Positions 54,489 to 64,000 of a stretch of DNA of 64,000 bases are shown one piece after another. The notes beneath the pieces were generated by a model. The model was not told where the DNA came from. It did no database searches and worked only from the letters and a program-made list of their open reading frames with translations. The DNA comes from Blastocatellales bacterium (lineage in GTDB: Bacteria; Acidobacteriota; Blastocatellia; RBC074): assembly GCA_050187295.1 (NCBI GenBank), contig JBFWXQ010000009.1, forward strand, positions 16,785 through 80,784, in the 5' to 3' direction. The position numbers were made by a program, and so were the translations under genes. Each line of letters begins with the position of its first letter. Position 1 is the stretch's first letter.

Positions 54489-55013
54489 TCAGAAACTGCC
54501 GCTGTTAATTCGGATCAATTCAATTTCAAAAGTCAGAGTGGAATTGGCTGGAATGGTTCCATATGGTTCGGAACCGTATCCAAGTTGCGGAGGGATTATG
54601 ATTTTGCGCATCCCGCCGACGCGCATAGGTTCTATGCCTTCTTTCGAATTGCCACCTATTCCCCAATCCCACCCCTTCAGCATCTTGTCTTTGCCCAGGG
54701 CAAAATCAATCAAGCCCTTGTCAAACACATGGCCGTCCTCGAATTTACCGACATAGGAAATTTTCAGGCTTTGCATCATCAGCGGGCGCGGACCTCTGCC
54801 AACACGTAAATCCTGATACTTCAATCCTGAAGGCGAAGTTTTCATCTCACCCGGAGTCGGCGAAGCTGTGGCTGCAACGCCCGGCGTCGGTTCTGTGGTT
54901 GCAGTCGGTGTTGGTTTGGAAGTAGCGACGTTTGAAGAGGACGGCTGGCAAGCTGTAAGCACAGACAAGCAGGCGCACGCGACACAGATTGATCTTAAGC
55001 GAGATGATCGCAT
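54489..55013 (-). CDS. FKBP-type peptidyl-prolyl isomerase, probable lipoprotein
   Basis: Lipobox LTAC; SGLKYQDL, GWDWGI, MRVGG, IPPQLGYG, IPANSTLTFEIEL. Confidence 0.9.
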   Translation of the reverse strand: MRSSRLRSICVACACLSVLTACQPSSSNVATSKPTPTATTEPTPGVAATASPTPGEMKTSPSGLKYQDLRVGRGPRPLMMQSLKISYVGKFEDGHVFDKGLIDFALGKDKMLKGWDWGIGGNSKEGIEPMRVGGMRKIIIPPQLGYGSEPYGTIPANSTLTFEIELIRINSGSF

Positions 55014-55127
55014 TAGTATTTTTCTCCCGTAACATTGAATTGAAATCGCCTTTGAGCGGGTGGGCTGTATAATAGCGATCGCTTCTGTCGTGGTCAAAAT
55101 TCAATGAGAAGGAGTCATCGCTGTGCA

Positions 55128-56204
55128 ATGAAAGTATCATCAATTCGCTCGGACAAATCTGGTCAACCTCTAAAGAAACAATTAAGCCTCGGGGTGGAGT
55201 TCGATCAAAAAATCATCTCTGCTGCATTGATTGACGATCAAGCCAACGTCATGGTCATTCGACAATCAGAAACTCCTCAACGCACGATTCGCTCAGCGGT
55301 GACCGCAATGGCCAAAATGATAATTGACCTGGCTGCCTCAAAAGAGCGAGAGGCCGACTCAATAGTTGCCATAGGCGTGGCTGCCCCAGGTTTGGTTGAT
55401 CCATCAACCGGGCGAGTTTCGGTCACTGAGATGCGTGGATGGGCGCGTGTGCCGTTGGCTCAATTGCTGGAAGAAAATCTGGACGCCTCCGGCCACGATA
55501 TACGCACGCACAAAAGTGACAGCCAGGCTCGCGCTCATCACGTCGAATCGGCCCATCCCTTGATAACTGTCAATTCGCGGGCGGCGGCTTTTGCCGCTGC
55601 TGAGAGCTGGGTCGGCGCAGCTCGCGGGAAAAAGAACGTGGTTTATCTTTCAATTGATTCTGAGATCGAAGCAGGAATTCTCACCGATGGAAGGGTTTTG
55701 ACCGGCTTTGGCGGAATGGCGGGCGCGGCTGGTTGGTTGGCAATCACAGAGGAGTTCAAATCGGAATATCAATCAGCCGGTTGTCTGTCAGCTGAAGCGG
55801 CGATGAATGCCATCACCCGTCGCGCAATTGACGAATGGGGCGGACACGGCAATTCAATGCTTAGTGGTTTGATCAAATCGCACAGTTCCCAGCTTGACGC
55901 GGCGACGATCATTCGCACTGCGCGTGGCGGTGACAAGTTGGCGGTAAGAGTGATAGATGAAACCTGCCGCTGGTTGGGACGAGGCGCTGCCAATCTGATC
56001 TCCATCCTCAATCCTGAAGCGATCGTTTTTGGCGGTGAGATTGGTCTGGCTTTGAAAAAATCTCTCGATGAGATTCGCGCGGAAGCTTTGCGCTGGACCA
56101 TGCCGGAAGCGGGAAAACGATGCCGGTTCGTCTGTGCGACAGTTGGCAAAGACGCGTCAAAGATCGGAACAGCCCGCCTGGCTTGGCTGCAAACCGGCAG
56201 GTGA
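55128..56204 (+). CDS. ROK family protein (sugar kinase/regulator-like, degenerate motifs)
   Basis: IGVAAPGLVD, AESWVGAARG, AANLISILNPEAIVFGG. Confidence 0.82.
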   Translation: MKVSSIRSDKSGQPLKKQLSLGVEFDQKIISAALIDDQANVMVIRQSETPQRTIRSAVTAMAKMIIDLAASKEREADSIVAIGVAAPGLVDPSTGRVSVTEMRGWARVPLAQLLEENLDASGHDIRTHKSDSQARAHHVESAHPLITVNSRAAAFAAAESWVGAARGKKNVVYLSIDSEIEAGILTDGRVLTGFGGMAGAAGWLAITEEFKSEYQSAGCLSAEAAMNAITRRAIDEWGGHGNSMLSGLIKSHSSQLDAATIIRTARGGDKLAVRVIDETCRWLGRGAANLISILNPEAIVFGGEIGLALKKSLDEIRAEALRWTMPEAGKRCRFVCATVGKDASKIGTARLAWLQTGR

Positions 56205-56223
56205 CAACCTTTTGAAGCTTACA

Positions 56224-56269
56224 AAAAACGAGGCGGCGAATTCGAACCATCGAAATTCACCGCCTCGTT
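56224..56269. terminator. Terminator between convergent ROK and M48 genes
   Basis: AAAAAACGAGGCGG...CCGCCTCGTT. Confidence 0.65.
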
Positions 56270-56296
56270 GCTATTTCGGCAACCGTCTTTGCTGAC

Positions 56297-57664
56297 TCAG
56301 TCGTTGTTATCGGGTTTGCTCGATGGTTTGGATGTTTGGCCGCTCGTCGAACTCCCGGTTGAACTTGAACTGCCTGAATCAGTGTTGCGCTTCAGAACCG
56401 GACGGTTGGAATTATCACCGGTTGGCGAATCAGGCTTCGTTGAAGCCTCCTGCTTCGAAGCGGCTGGCTGTTCGGTTGCCGCTGAACCATCGCTGCGCTT
56501 CAAAACCGGTCGCCCGGTTTCATTCGATGAAGAATTGCTGCTGCTGCTTTCCGGTTGTGAAGAAGCATCACTGCGTTTTAGGGTCGGGCGCCCAGATTCT
56601 TCAGCTGCTGTAGCGGGGTTTCCCGGCTCAGTGTCGTCAGAAGAATCACGACGTTTTAACACCGGACGGTTTGACCCATCGGAATCATCACGATCAATGT
56701 TGGTGTCATCTGCCTCAGTCTGCGGACGACGTTTGAGCGTCGGTCGCCCATCGTCGCGCGAACCGATCGGCTGGCTGGACGCGCTGAACGAAGACAAGCG
56801 CGATTTCACATCAAGAAATTCCGAAGTGCTGATCTGATATTCGCTTCTTTCAGGAAAGCGTACTATCAGTTCGCGAACTTCTTTGATGCGATCTCCAGTC
56901 ATCGGATGCGTGCTGAAGACTTTCTCCAGGGTTCCAGGCTTGCGTTTTTCCTGTCCTTGTAATTTCTCAAAGAATGTAATCAGGGCGTTAGGATCGTAAC
57001 CTGAAGCCCACATATATTGCGCTCCGAGCCTGTCCGCTTCTTTTTCCGCTCCACGGGAAAATTTCAGGAACGTCAGCGGAAGTGCGATTCCGGCAACTTG
57101 TTGAATAATGAATCCGCCCACGCCGCCGAGAAAAATCAGCGGCAGGGATCCCCATTGCAGCAATTGTCCCTTTGAAGCCTGCTCGATTCCGTGCCGCGCG
57201 GTGACGTGGGCGATTTCGTGAGCCATCACGCCTGCGACCTCCGCTTCGTTATCGGCAGCTTCCAATAATCCGCGATTGACATACAGAAATCCGCCCGGCA
57301 ATGCGAACGCATTCACTTCGTTGGCGTCAATGACCTTGATCGTGAATGGAACTTTGGCATCGGAATGAAGCACAATGTTTTGCGCGATGCGGTTGACGTA
57401 TTCATTGACGATGGGATCGGTAATCAATTTCGAATTGCGATCAACTTCAGCCGCCAATTGCCGTCCGAGCGCGACTTCACGGTCAAGCGAGTAGAACGAA
57501 ATACTCCCTTTGTTGATGTCGCGCTTGCCGATCAATGTCGGGTCATTCTTTGTATCCAGCGGTTTCTTTTTTGATTTTGAACTCGTCTGTGCAAGAACCG
57601 GTGTCGCCACGAGCGCCGTGGTAAGAACTAGCGCCATGGCTTTGCGGAAAAACATTTGTTTCAT
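56297..57664 (-). CDS. M48 family zinc metalloprotease (BepA-like) with low-complexity repeat tail
   Basis: Signal peptide; NAFALPGG, HEIAH, EKEAD, STHP. Confidence 0.92.
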   Translation of the reverse strand: MKQMFFRKAMALVLTTALVATPVLAQTSSKSKKKPLDTKNDPTLIGKRDINKGSISFYSLDREVALGRQLAAEVDRNSKLITDPIVNEYVNRIAQNIVLHSDAKVPFTIKVIDANEVNAFALPGGFLYVNRGLLEAADNEAEVAGVMAHEIAHVTARHGIEQASKGQLLQWGSLPLIFLGGVGGFIIQQVAGIALPLTFLKFSRGAEKEADRLGAQYMWASGYDPNALITFFEKLQGQEKRKPGTLEKVFSTHPMTGDRIKEVRELIVRFPERSEYQISTSEFLDVKSRLSSFSASSQPIGSRDDGRPTLKRRPQTEADDTNIDRDDSDGSNRPVLKRRDSSDDTEPGNPATAAEESGRPTLKRSDASSQPESSSSNSSSNETGRPVLKRSDGSAATEQPAASKQEASTKPDSPTGDNSNRPVLKRNTDSGSSSSTGSSTSGQTSKPSSKPDNND

Positions 57665-57875
57665 CAATTCCCCCTTCCCAATAAATGAACCTTGTTCGTG
57701 GCGGACTTTCGGTTGGGCAATTTAATTATAGACCATTATCCGGCTTTTGGACGTGTTGGAGGATACAGGGGTTGGCAAAAGTTTCGTTAAATCACCTTCA
57801 TCATAAATGCCGTTAAATCACAGACGCCGATGGCTGCGGGAAAAAATCGCCTTGAATTACCGTGAAATTATCGAT

Positions 57876-59912
57876 TCAGCGTAGGTAATGAAACGCGCGC
57901 CAAAAGACCAGTCGCATGGCCAGTGATGGAAACAGCTTGTTCGGAGCAATCAATTTGCGACGCTCTGCTTCCGCCAGGGCGTCTTCCGGTTTCAACCGCA
58001 AAGCGTTTTCCCAACTCAGCGAAACAAGCGCATCCTGCTTGCGAGCGATGTCTAATTGTGATTGCGCTTCGCTTGTCTTGCCTTCTTTGCGAAGCATTTC
58101 CGCATATACCGTGCGTGCGAAAACCGACTGCGGGTAAGATTCCAGACAATCGTGCATGACCTGTGATGCCTGAAATAAATCTCCGGCCCACTCGTGGGCA
58201 AAGGCCAGTGCCACATATCCATAGGGCCGGTTATATCCGTGTTTGAGTCCGAAGGTCAGATGCGGGATTGCCTCAGCAGGACGCTTCATCTGAAAGAGCA
58301 ACAAACCATAACCCAGATGCGCTCCGGTATTATCCGAATCCATATCTAAAACCTGTTTGTAGCGGCGTTCCAATCTTTCGCTGTCGGCAGGACGGTCAGG
58401 ATAATAATTGAAATCCAGCGCTTCGGTCCTGAGCGTTTGACGGCCTTGCAGTCTCTGGCTGGCGTATACGTTGTAATTGCGAGCCGTGAAACCAAGGCAG
58501 ACGATCAGACTGATACCAATGGCAGCAATTCCGGCAATTTTCGGCAGTTTTATTGTGGGATCTTCCGATTCAACATGATTTTCTTTTTCCGCTGCCTTGC
58601 CGCTGCTTCTGGTAAAAGCGAAGCCGATGCTCAGCAGGCAGGCGACCATGAAAGCACCCGGAGTAAAGCGAAGAGAGAAGGAACTAAAAATTGAACTGAT
58701 GGCGAAAGCCGTTAATCCCAATAATGCTCCAACCACCCAATATGAATTTCCTTCGCTGGCGTTTCTTCCTTTCCACAACCACCCAACCAGCAAAAACAAG
58801 AATGCCGCAAAGAGCGCTAAGCCAACGATTCCCAGTTCAACGAAGATTTGCAGATATTCGTTATGAACCAGTGGACTGCGAATTTCGTCCGATTCTTCAG
58901 TAGTGGAAGCTTTAACGACATCGCTGTAAGCCGGATTAGCGGCAAAATAGCGCCGATATTCTCCGTACAGACTCGGATAACCGCCATTGCCAACGCCAAT
59001 CAAGACGTTGCGTTTCCCCATCTCCCAGGCAGTGATCCATCCCCGCAAACGCGAAGTTAATCCGCCTTCGGCTGAATTCAATTGGGTTGCGCCCTGAATT
59101 CTGAACGCTATGGCTTCGCGATAACGAACTCCGACAAAAGTGGCTGCAACTATCAACACGGCGGCGACTGTTATCAATCGCTGTTTGCTGGCCAGTTTGA
59201 TTTGCTTCAGGGCAAGTAAGACGCCAAGAACGATCAGCACAAACACTGTCCCCAGAATCGCGCCGCGCCTCAATCCGGCCAGCAATGCCAGCACACTCAA
59301 ACCGGAGACCAGCAACGAAGCCACCATCAAAGACTGCTTGCGACTGCAGAGATAATTGACCAATTGCAATGGCAGCAAAGTCGCCATCAATTCGGATGTG
59401 ATGCCGTGATTGAAGAAAATGCCCAACATCACCTCGCCAAACTTCGCCCGTTCATATAGCAATGAAACTGCCAAAATCGCGCAGATGACCGTCATCACAT
59501 AATGCAATCTGACAGCGCCTTGCTGGCTCAGACAAGTCATCCCCGCAAACAAAAAAACCGCAAATCCAAACCAGATGCCGACAACACGGATGCCGTCGGC
59601 GAATGACGGCGCCCAGGTCAATGAAATCGCCTGCCAGATGATAAAAGCCACCAACAATGCAAAAAGTATTGTTCGTCGACGGCTGAGTTTGAGCAGACCG
59701 CCGGGCATTCGAACAAGTTCGATTAAACCAATCAAGGCGAAGATCGATGACATGAGGGAAAATACAAATTCCTGAGTTGCCAATCCCGGAAAGGTGAGAT
59801 CGGGAATGATAAAGAAATTCGGTACCAGAGCCAGGAAGGGCAATGCAAGAAATGCGACTTCCAACAGGTTGAACCTGCTGGATTGAGGTTTGGGAGTATT
59901 TTTGGATTTCAT
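57876..59912 (-). CDS. O-antigen ligase (Wzy_C) family membrane protein with C-terminal TPR-like region
   Basis: Multiple TMs; RLRGW...GVGNGGY; HNEYLQIFVELGIVG. Confidence 0.82.
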   Translation of the reverse strand: MKSKNTPKPQSSRFNLLEVAFLALPFLALVPNFFIIPDLTFPGLATQEFVFSLMSSIFALIGLIELVRMPGGLLKLSRRRTILFALLVAFIIWQAISLTWAPSFADGIRVVGIWFGFAVFLFAGMTCLSQQGAVRLHYVMTVICAILAVSLLYERAKFGEVMLGIFFNHGITSELMATLLPLQLVNYLCSRKQSLMVASLLVSGLSVLALLAGLRRGAILGTVFVLIVLGVLLALKQIKLASKQRLITVAAVLIVAATFVGVRYREAIAFRIQGATQLNSAEGGLTSRLRGWITAWEMGKRNVLIGVGNGGYPSLYGEYRRYFAANPAYSDVVKASTTEESDEIRSPLVHNEYLQIFVELGIVGLALFAAFLFLLVGWLWKGRNASEGNSYWVVGALLGLTAFAISSIFSSFSLRFTPGAFMVACLLSIGFAFTRSSGKAAEKENHVESEDPTIKLPKIAGIAAIGISLIVCLGFTARNYNVYASQRLQGRQTLRTEALDFNYYPDRPADSERLERRYKQVLDMDSDNTGAHLGYGLLLFQMKRPAEAIPHLTFGLKHGYNRPYGYVALAFAHEWAGDLFQASQVMHDCLESYPQSVFARTVYAEMLRKEGKTSEAQSQLDIARKQDALVSLSWENALRLKPEDALAEAERRKLIAPNKLFPSLAMRLVFWRAFHYLR

Positions 59913-59967
59913 AGAAAAGGCGGGTCAGAATATTTACGGCAAAGCAATTCAATGAAGATCAGCAATT

Positions 59968-60252
59968 TTAGCGATTGCTCTGTTTCGAATCGTCGGCCTT
60001 CTTAGTTTGAGATTTGGAATCCGCCGGCGAGGCTTTTTGTTTGCCATCTTCTTTGGCAGGGCGGCGTTTGCGAACAAAACTCATTGCTTTGGCTGGGACA
60101 ATATCCAAAGCTCCATCGCAGGAAACGGTCGCTCCTCCGGTTTTCTTTTCGGGAGGCGCGGCCTTCTTCTGCGCCATCACTGGCAAGGCAGCAAGAGCAA
60201 ATATCAACACTAGTGGCAAGGTTCGGCTCACTCTCAAAAACAGCTTGAACAT
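59968..60252 (-). CDS. Small exported hypothetical protein
   Basis: Signal peptide (LPVMA|Q), Lys-rich; same strand as the downstream gene. Confidence 0.6.
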   Translation of the reverse strand: MFKLFLRVSRTLPLVLIFALAALPVMAQKKAAPPEKKTGGATVSCDGALDIVPAKAMSFVRKRRPAKEDGKQKASPADSKSQTKKADDSKQSNR

Positions 60253-60557
60253 ATCTACACCCTTAATAGTTTGATTGGAAATTCACAGATACCGGCGTAT
60301 CAACACCTGGGATTGTACAACCCTGAAAAAACAAAAGGCAAAAGCGCAGAAGAAATCCAGATTCCCGGATTGGCATTTTTGGCTCTCGGCGATCATCGAA
60401 AAAATATATCTTCCCTGTCTGCAACAGAAAGCAATTTTCAAGGGTTTGAGTTCTTGAAAGAGCGGCAACTCGTCCATATAATCCGCCACTCTTTTTTCAA
60501 TGCCTGAGGGTAAACAACGACCAGTTAGAGCATCAATAATAAAATCGGAGCGTTTTT

Positions 60558-61352
60558 ATGATGACCTCGGAATTGCGCAAACGACAGGAAAGCAACTGCG
60601 AATTTTGCAGCGGGACAGGATGGGAGGTTTTCGTCGGCGAAGGGGCGCGGCCCTGTCGTTGCCAGGTAAAAGAACGTAAAGAACAACTGCTGACCCGAGC
60701 CAGAATACCAAATCGTTATGAAGGCTGCACTCTGCTGAATTACATTCCGCAAGGTGACAACATCAAATTCGACGAGATCTTCCAATCACAATCATATGCG
60801 CTGAATGATGCTCAAACTCTGGTTCGTGAACATCCTTTACTGGAAATGGGTTTGTTGTTTATGGGGCCGTGCGGCGTTGGCAAGACCCATCTGGCAGTGG
60901 CAACGCTCAAAGCTTTGATTGAAAAGGGCATCCCCTGTCTGTTTTATGATTTTCGCGATTTGCTCAAAGAGATTCAGGACAGCTACAACCCTGTTTCAAA
61001 AACATCCGAGTTACAAGTATTGGCTCCTGTTTATGAAGCTGAGGTATTGGTGTTGGACGAACTAGGCGCATCAAAACCGACTGACTGGGTGCGGGACACC
61101 ATGACTCAAATCATCAACACTCGCTACAACGACCGCAAAGTCACCATCTTCACTTCAAATTACCTGGACGAACCAGCCACTCCCAACGAAGAATCGCTCT
61201 CCGAACGCGTTGGCATCCGTTTGCGTTCACGGCTTTACGAGATGTGCAAAACAGTGATCGTAAAAGGCGCTGATTACAGAATTGAGATGGGGCGCAAACG
61301 TGGACAGGTTGAACGGCGGGTTCAACCCATCACGTCGCGCAAAAAAAAATAA
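60558..61352 (+). CDS. DnaC/IstB-family AAA+ ATPase (probable helicase loader)
   Basis: CEFCSGTGW...PCRC; [11 protein letters not shown]; LVLDELG; RYN; TSN; SRLYEMC. Confidence 0.85.
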   Translation: MMTSELRKRQESNCEFCSGTGWEVFVGEGARPCRCQVKERKEQLLTRARIPNRYEGCTLLNYIPQGDNIKFDEIFQSQSYALNDAQTLVREHPLLEMGLLFMGPCGVGKTHLAVATLKALIEKGIPCLFYDFRDLLKEIQDSYNPVSKTSELQVLAPVYEAEVLVLDELGASKPTDWVRDTMTQIINTRYNDRKVTIFTSNYLDEPATPNEESLSERVGIRLRSRLYEMCKTVIVKGADYRIEMGRKRGQVERRVQPITSRKKK

Positions 61353-61381
61353 CTCATACTTTTTCCAACTCTGCAAATGAC

Positions 61382-64000
61382 TTAATCACCTGCCTCCGAA
61401 TGGGCGGTTCTGGCCTGTGCCACTTCACCCGAATCCGGAAGTTTGTCTGGGGAAGCAGGGGGCATGTTTTGCGGCTCTGCCTGGACAGCCGCCCTATTAT
61501 TCGATTTCACACGACGTTTTATCCATTCACCCAAATCATCAAAGATTGAGTAAGCAACCGGTGTCATCAGCAGTGTCAGCAGCAATGACAAACTTTGACC
61601 GCCGATCACCACAATGGCAATTGAGCGGCGTTCTTCTGCACCGGGGCCGGTTCCCAGAGCCAGAGGCATCATCCCCGCAACCAGTGTCAGCGTAGTCATC
61701 AGGATTGGACGCAATCTATCCCGATTGGCTTGAATTATCGCGTCATAACGCGACATTCCCTTCGCTCGCAACCCGTTCATGTGATCAATCTGCAAAATCG
61801 AATTCTTTTTAACCACGCCGAATAACACCAGGATTCCAAGGGCCGAATAGAGGTTCAGCGTCTCGTTCAACGCCCATAGCGACAACAGGGCAAAGGGCAC
61901 AGCCAGCGGCAGACTGAGCAAAATGGTGACGGGGTGAATCGTGCTTTCGAATTGCGAAGCCAAAATCATATACATGAATGCAATCGAAAGCAGAAAGGCG
62001 ATGATAAATTCAGTGAAGGTGCGCTCAAGTTCGCGCCCACGTCCGGACACTGCATTGCTGTAACCGGGAGGCAGATTCATTTTCGCGACCTCTTGACGTA
62101 ACACGGCTATACGATCGGCCAAGGCATAACCCGGTGCGATATTGGCACGCAGTGAAACCTGCCTCTGACGATCAAGTCGATCTATTCTGGACGAGGTGTT
62201 CGACATATCCAATTTGACCAGGTTTCCCAGGCTGACCAATCCACCGGTTGCGGACGGCACAAACAATCTGGAGATCGTTTCCGCATCATTTCGATCGCCT
62301 TCCTGCAGGCGCACCTGCACGTCGTAATCTTCATTCATCTGTTCATCGTGGAAGCGCGAAACACGTTCGTCTCCACCAACCATGATCCGCAGCGCTGTTG
62401 CGATGTCCGTCGAATCCACTTTCAGGTCGGCGGCGCGCGCGCGGTCGATGTTGACGCGCAATTCGGGCTTGTCGATCTTGAGCGTCACGTCGGCATCAAG
62501 CAATCCAAGTTGCGGAGCGCGCTCACGCAATTGGTTGGCGTAATCAACCAGCACATTCAGATCGGGGCCACGCAACGAAAAATCCAGGTCACTGAAACCG
62601 CCGGGGCCCAGGTTGATTGACTGCGGGTTACGCACAGACGGACGAAGATGAGTAAATCTGCGCAATCGTTGACGCACTTTCTGCTGGACATCACGGGCTG
62701 AGTAATTCCCACGGAAAACCGCCAGCGGCTCGCCGTGCTTCAATCCTTTCCAGAACTTGGTCAGGTTCAGAGTACGCTCTTCGTGAGGAGGAATGCGCAG
62801 GAAAATTTCGGCATTGTTGACTGAACCGATGAACGAACTGCCAACTTGCCCCATGATGATCTGAATTTCCGGCATCTGTTTCAGCTCGGCCTCGACCTCA
62901 TTCAGGGCTTCGGTCATGGAAGTCAAACTGGTGCCTTCGGGCGCTGTGAGGTTAACAGTGAATTGAGCTTCGTCAATGTTACTGGGGATAAAATCCTGCT
63001 TTATGATTCCATAGAGCGGAATGGATGAAGCCATAACAAGCAAAGCCAATCCCCAGACGATGAAACGATGGCGCAGAACAAGCTCCAGAATCCAGGTGTA
63101 GGCGCGGTCAATATAGCCGTAAAATCCTCCGCGCGAGGCGGCCACACCTTCCTGGTGATTGGCGTCTGACAAGCCGATTAATCGCGCGCTCATCGTCGGA
63201 GTCAAAGTAAATGAAACCAGCAGCGAAACAAGAATGGCCACCGCCGCAGTGATGCCGAATTGATAAAGGAACCGGCCCGAAACCGAAGACATAAACGAAA
63301 TCGGCAGAAAGATGACAACCAGAGAAAGCGTCGTCGCCAATACAGCCAGTCCGATTTCCCTTGTCGCCTCTCTGGCTGCGTCCATTGGATGCATCTTCTT
63401 TTCTTCAACAAAGCGGAATATGTTTTCCAGAACGACAATGGCATCATCAATAACCACGCCGACCATCAACACCAGAGCCAGCATCGTCACACTGTTAAGT
63501 GTGAAATTCAGAGCTTTCATCATCCCGAAGGTCGAGATAACCGAAACCGGAATCGCCACCCCCGCAATGACAGTCGCCTGCCATGAGCGCATAAACAGCA
63601 TCACCACCAGACAAGCCAGAATACTGCCCAGTACCAAATGGACATTGATTTCGCTCAGCGCATTTTTGATGTAGAGCGACTGGTCATTGATGATCTCCAG
63701 CTTCACATCAGGAGGCAGTTGCGCGCGCACGATGTCCAGATTTTTCTTTACATCCTCAATGACCGCCATCGTGTTGGCCCCGGTTTGGCGTCGAACTTCG
63801 ATGGTCACGGCCGGAACGGGTTGAACCTGAGCGCGGGCTTTCGGATCTTCGCCAGCGGCTGTCAAATCAGTGATGCGCGACATCGAACGCTGTTCCTTGG
63901 TCCCGTCTTCGGCATAACCAATGTCACTGACGCGAACCGGAGAACCATCAATGGTTGCGATTACCAGATTATTGAAGTCCTGCGGATCAACCACGCGCCC
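61382..64000 (-). CDS. RND efflux transporter permease (AcrB/AcrD/AcrF family), 5'-truncated by window edge
   Basis: VGVVIDDAIVVLENI, SFTLTP, GVVKKNSIL, RLRPILMTT; frame open to the window end. Confidence 0.93.
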   Translation of the reverse strand, partial: GRVVDPQDFNNLVIATIDGSPVRVSDIGYAEDGTKEQRSMSRITDLTAAGEDPKARAQVQPVPAVTIEVRRQTGANTMAVIEDVKKNLDIVRAQLPPDVKLEIINDQSLYIKNALSEINVHLVLGSILACLVVMLFMRSWQATVIAGVAIPVSVISTFGMMKALNFTLNSVTMLALVLMVGVVIDDAIVVLENIFRFVEEKKMHPMDAAREATREIGLAVLATTLSLVVIFLPISFMSSVSGRFLYQFGITAAVAILVSLLVSFTLTPTMSARLIGLSDANHQEGVAASRGGFYGYIDRAYTWILELVLRHRFIVWGLALLVMASSIPLYGIIKQDFIPSNIDEAQFTVNLTAPEGTSLTSMTEALNEVEAELKQMPEIQIIMGQVGSSFIGSVNNAEIFLRIPPHEERTLNLTKFWKGLKHGEPLAVFRGNYSARDVQQKVRQRLRRFTHLRPSVRNPQSINLGPGGFSDLDFSLRGPDLNVLVDYANQLRERAPQLGLLDADVTLKIDKPELRVNIDRARAADLKVDSTDIATALRIMVGGDERVSRFHDEQMNEDYDVQVRLQEGDRNDAETISRLFVPSATGGLVSLGNLVKLDMSNTSSRIDRLDRQRQVSLRANIAPGYALADRIAVLRQEVAKMNLPPGYSNAVSGRGRELERTFTEFIIAFLLSIAFMYMILASQFESTIHPVTILLSLPLAVPFALLSLWALNETLNLYSALGILVLFGVVKKNSILQIDHMNGLRAKGMSRYDAIIQANRDRLRPILMTTLTLVAGMMPLALGTGPGAEERRSIAIVVIGGQSLSLLLTLLMTPVAYSIFDDLGEWIKRRVKSNNRAAVQAEPQNMPPASPDKLPDSGEVAQARTAHSEAGD

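Noticed and set aside
60558-61352. IS21 element or prophage replication module
   Set aside because: No IstA transposase, terminal repeats or phage genes nearby; the N-terminal Cys motif fits a chromosomal DnaC-like loader.
1-64000. tRNA, rRNA, CRISPR arrays, integrases
   Set aside because: None recognised by eye; tRNAscan, Infernal and a CRISPR finder would be needed to exclude them formally.

Overview
Bacterial chromosomal window; gene content (Oar-type TonB-like receptor, TIGR02999-type ECF sigma, PERW-type kinase N-terminus) suggests Acidobacteria, probably Blastocatellia (inference). The right half (31.7-64 kb) is mostly housekeeping: phoH-ybeY-corC-[vapBC]-era-prmA, rplU-rpmA-obgE-nadD-rsfS-rlmH-dksA-like, an ECF/anti-sigma/Crp trio, SPOR protein, amidase, a volactin-like actin, acyl-CoA synthetase, USP, ABC-F, FKBP, ROK, M48 protease, O-antigen-ligase-like, DnaC-like and a partial RND pump. 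The most interesting part is a ~19 kb minus-strand cluster at 7.3-26.5 kb. It holds one soluble Ser/Thr kinase fused to an AAA_35 NTPase, three paralogous AAA_35-TM-WD40 receptors with conserved NTPase but divergent propellers, and a kinase-type ECF sigma factor without an anti-sigma. Three copies of an identically spaced 43-bp promoter-like motif precede a TonB-like receptor, an unannotated frameshifted peptide coupled to a TPR protein, and a short terminator-bounded transcript lacking a substantial ORF. Together these suggest a 'split receptor kinase' signalling system with a local regulon. No rRNA, tRNA, CRISPR array, transposase or integrase was seen. All family calls come from motif recognition by eye, not database searches.
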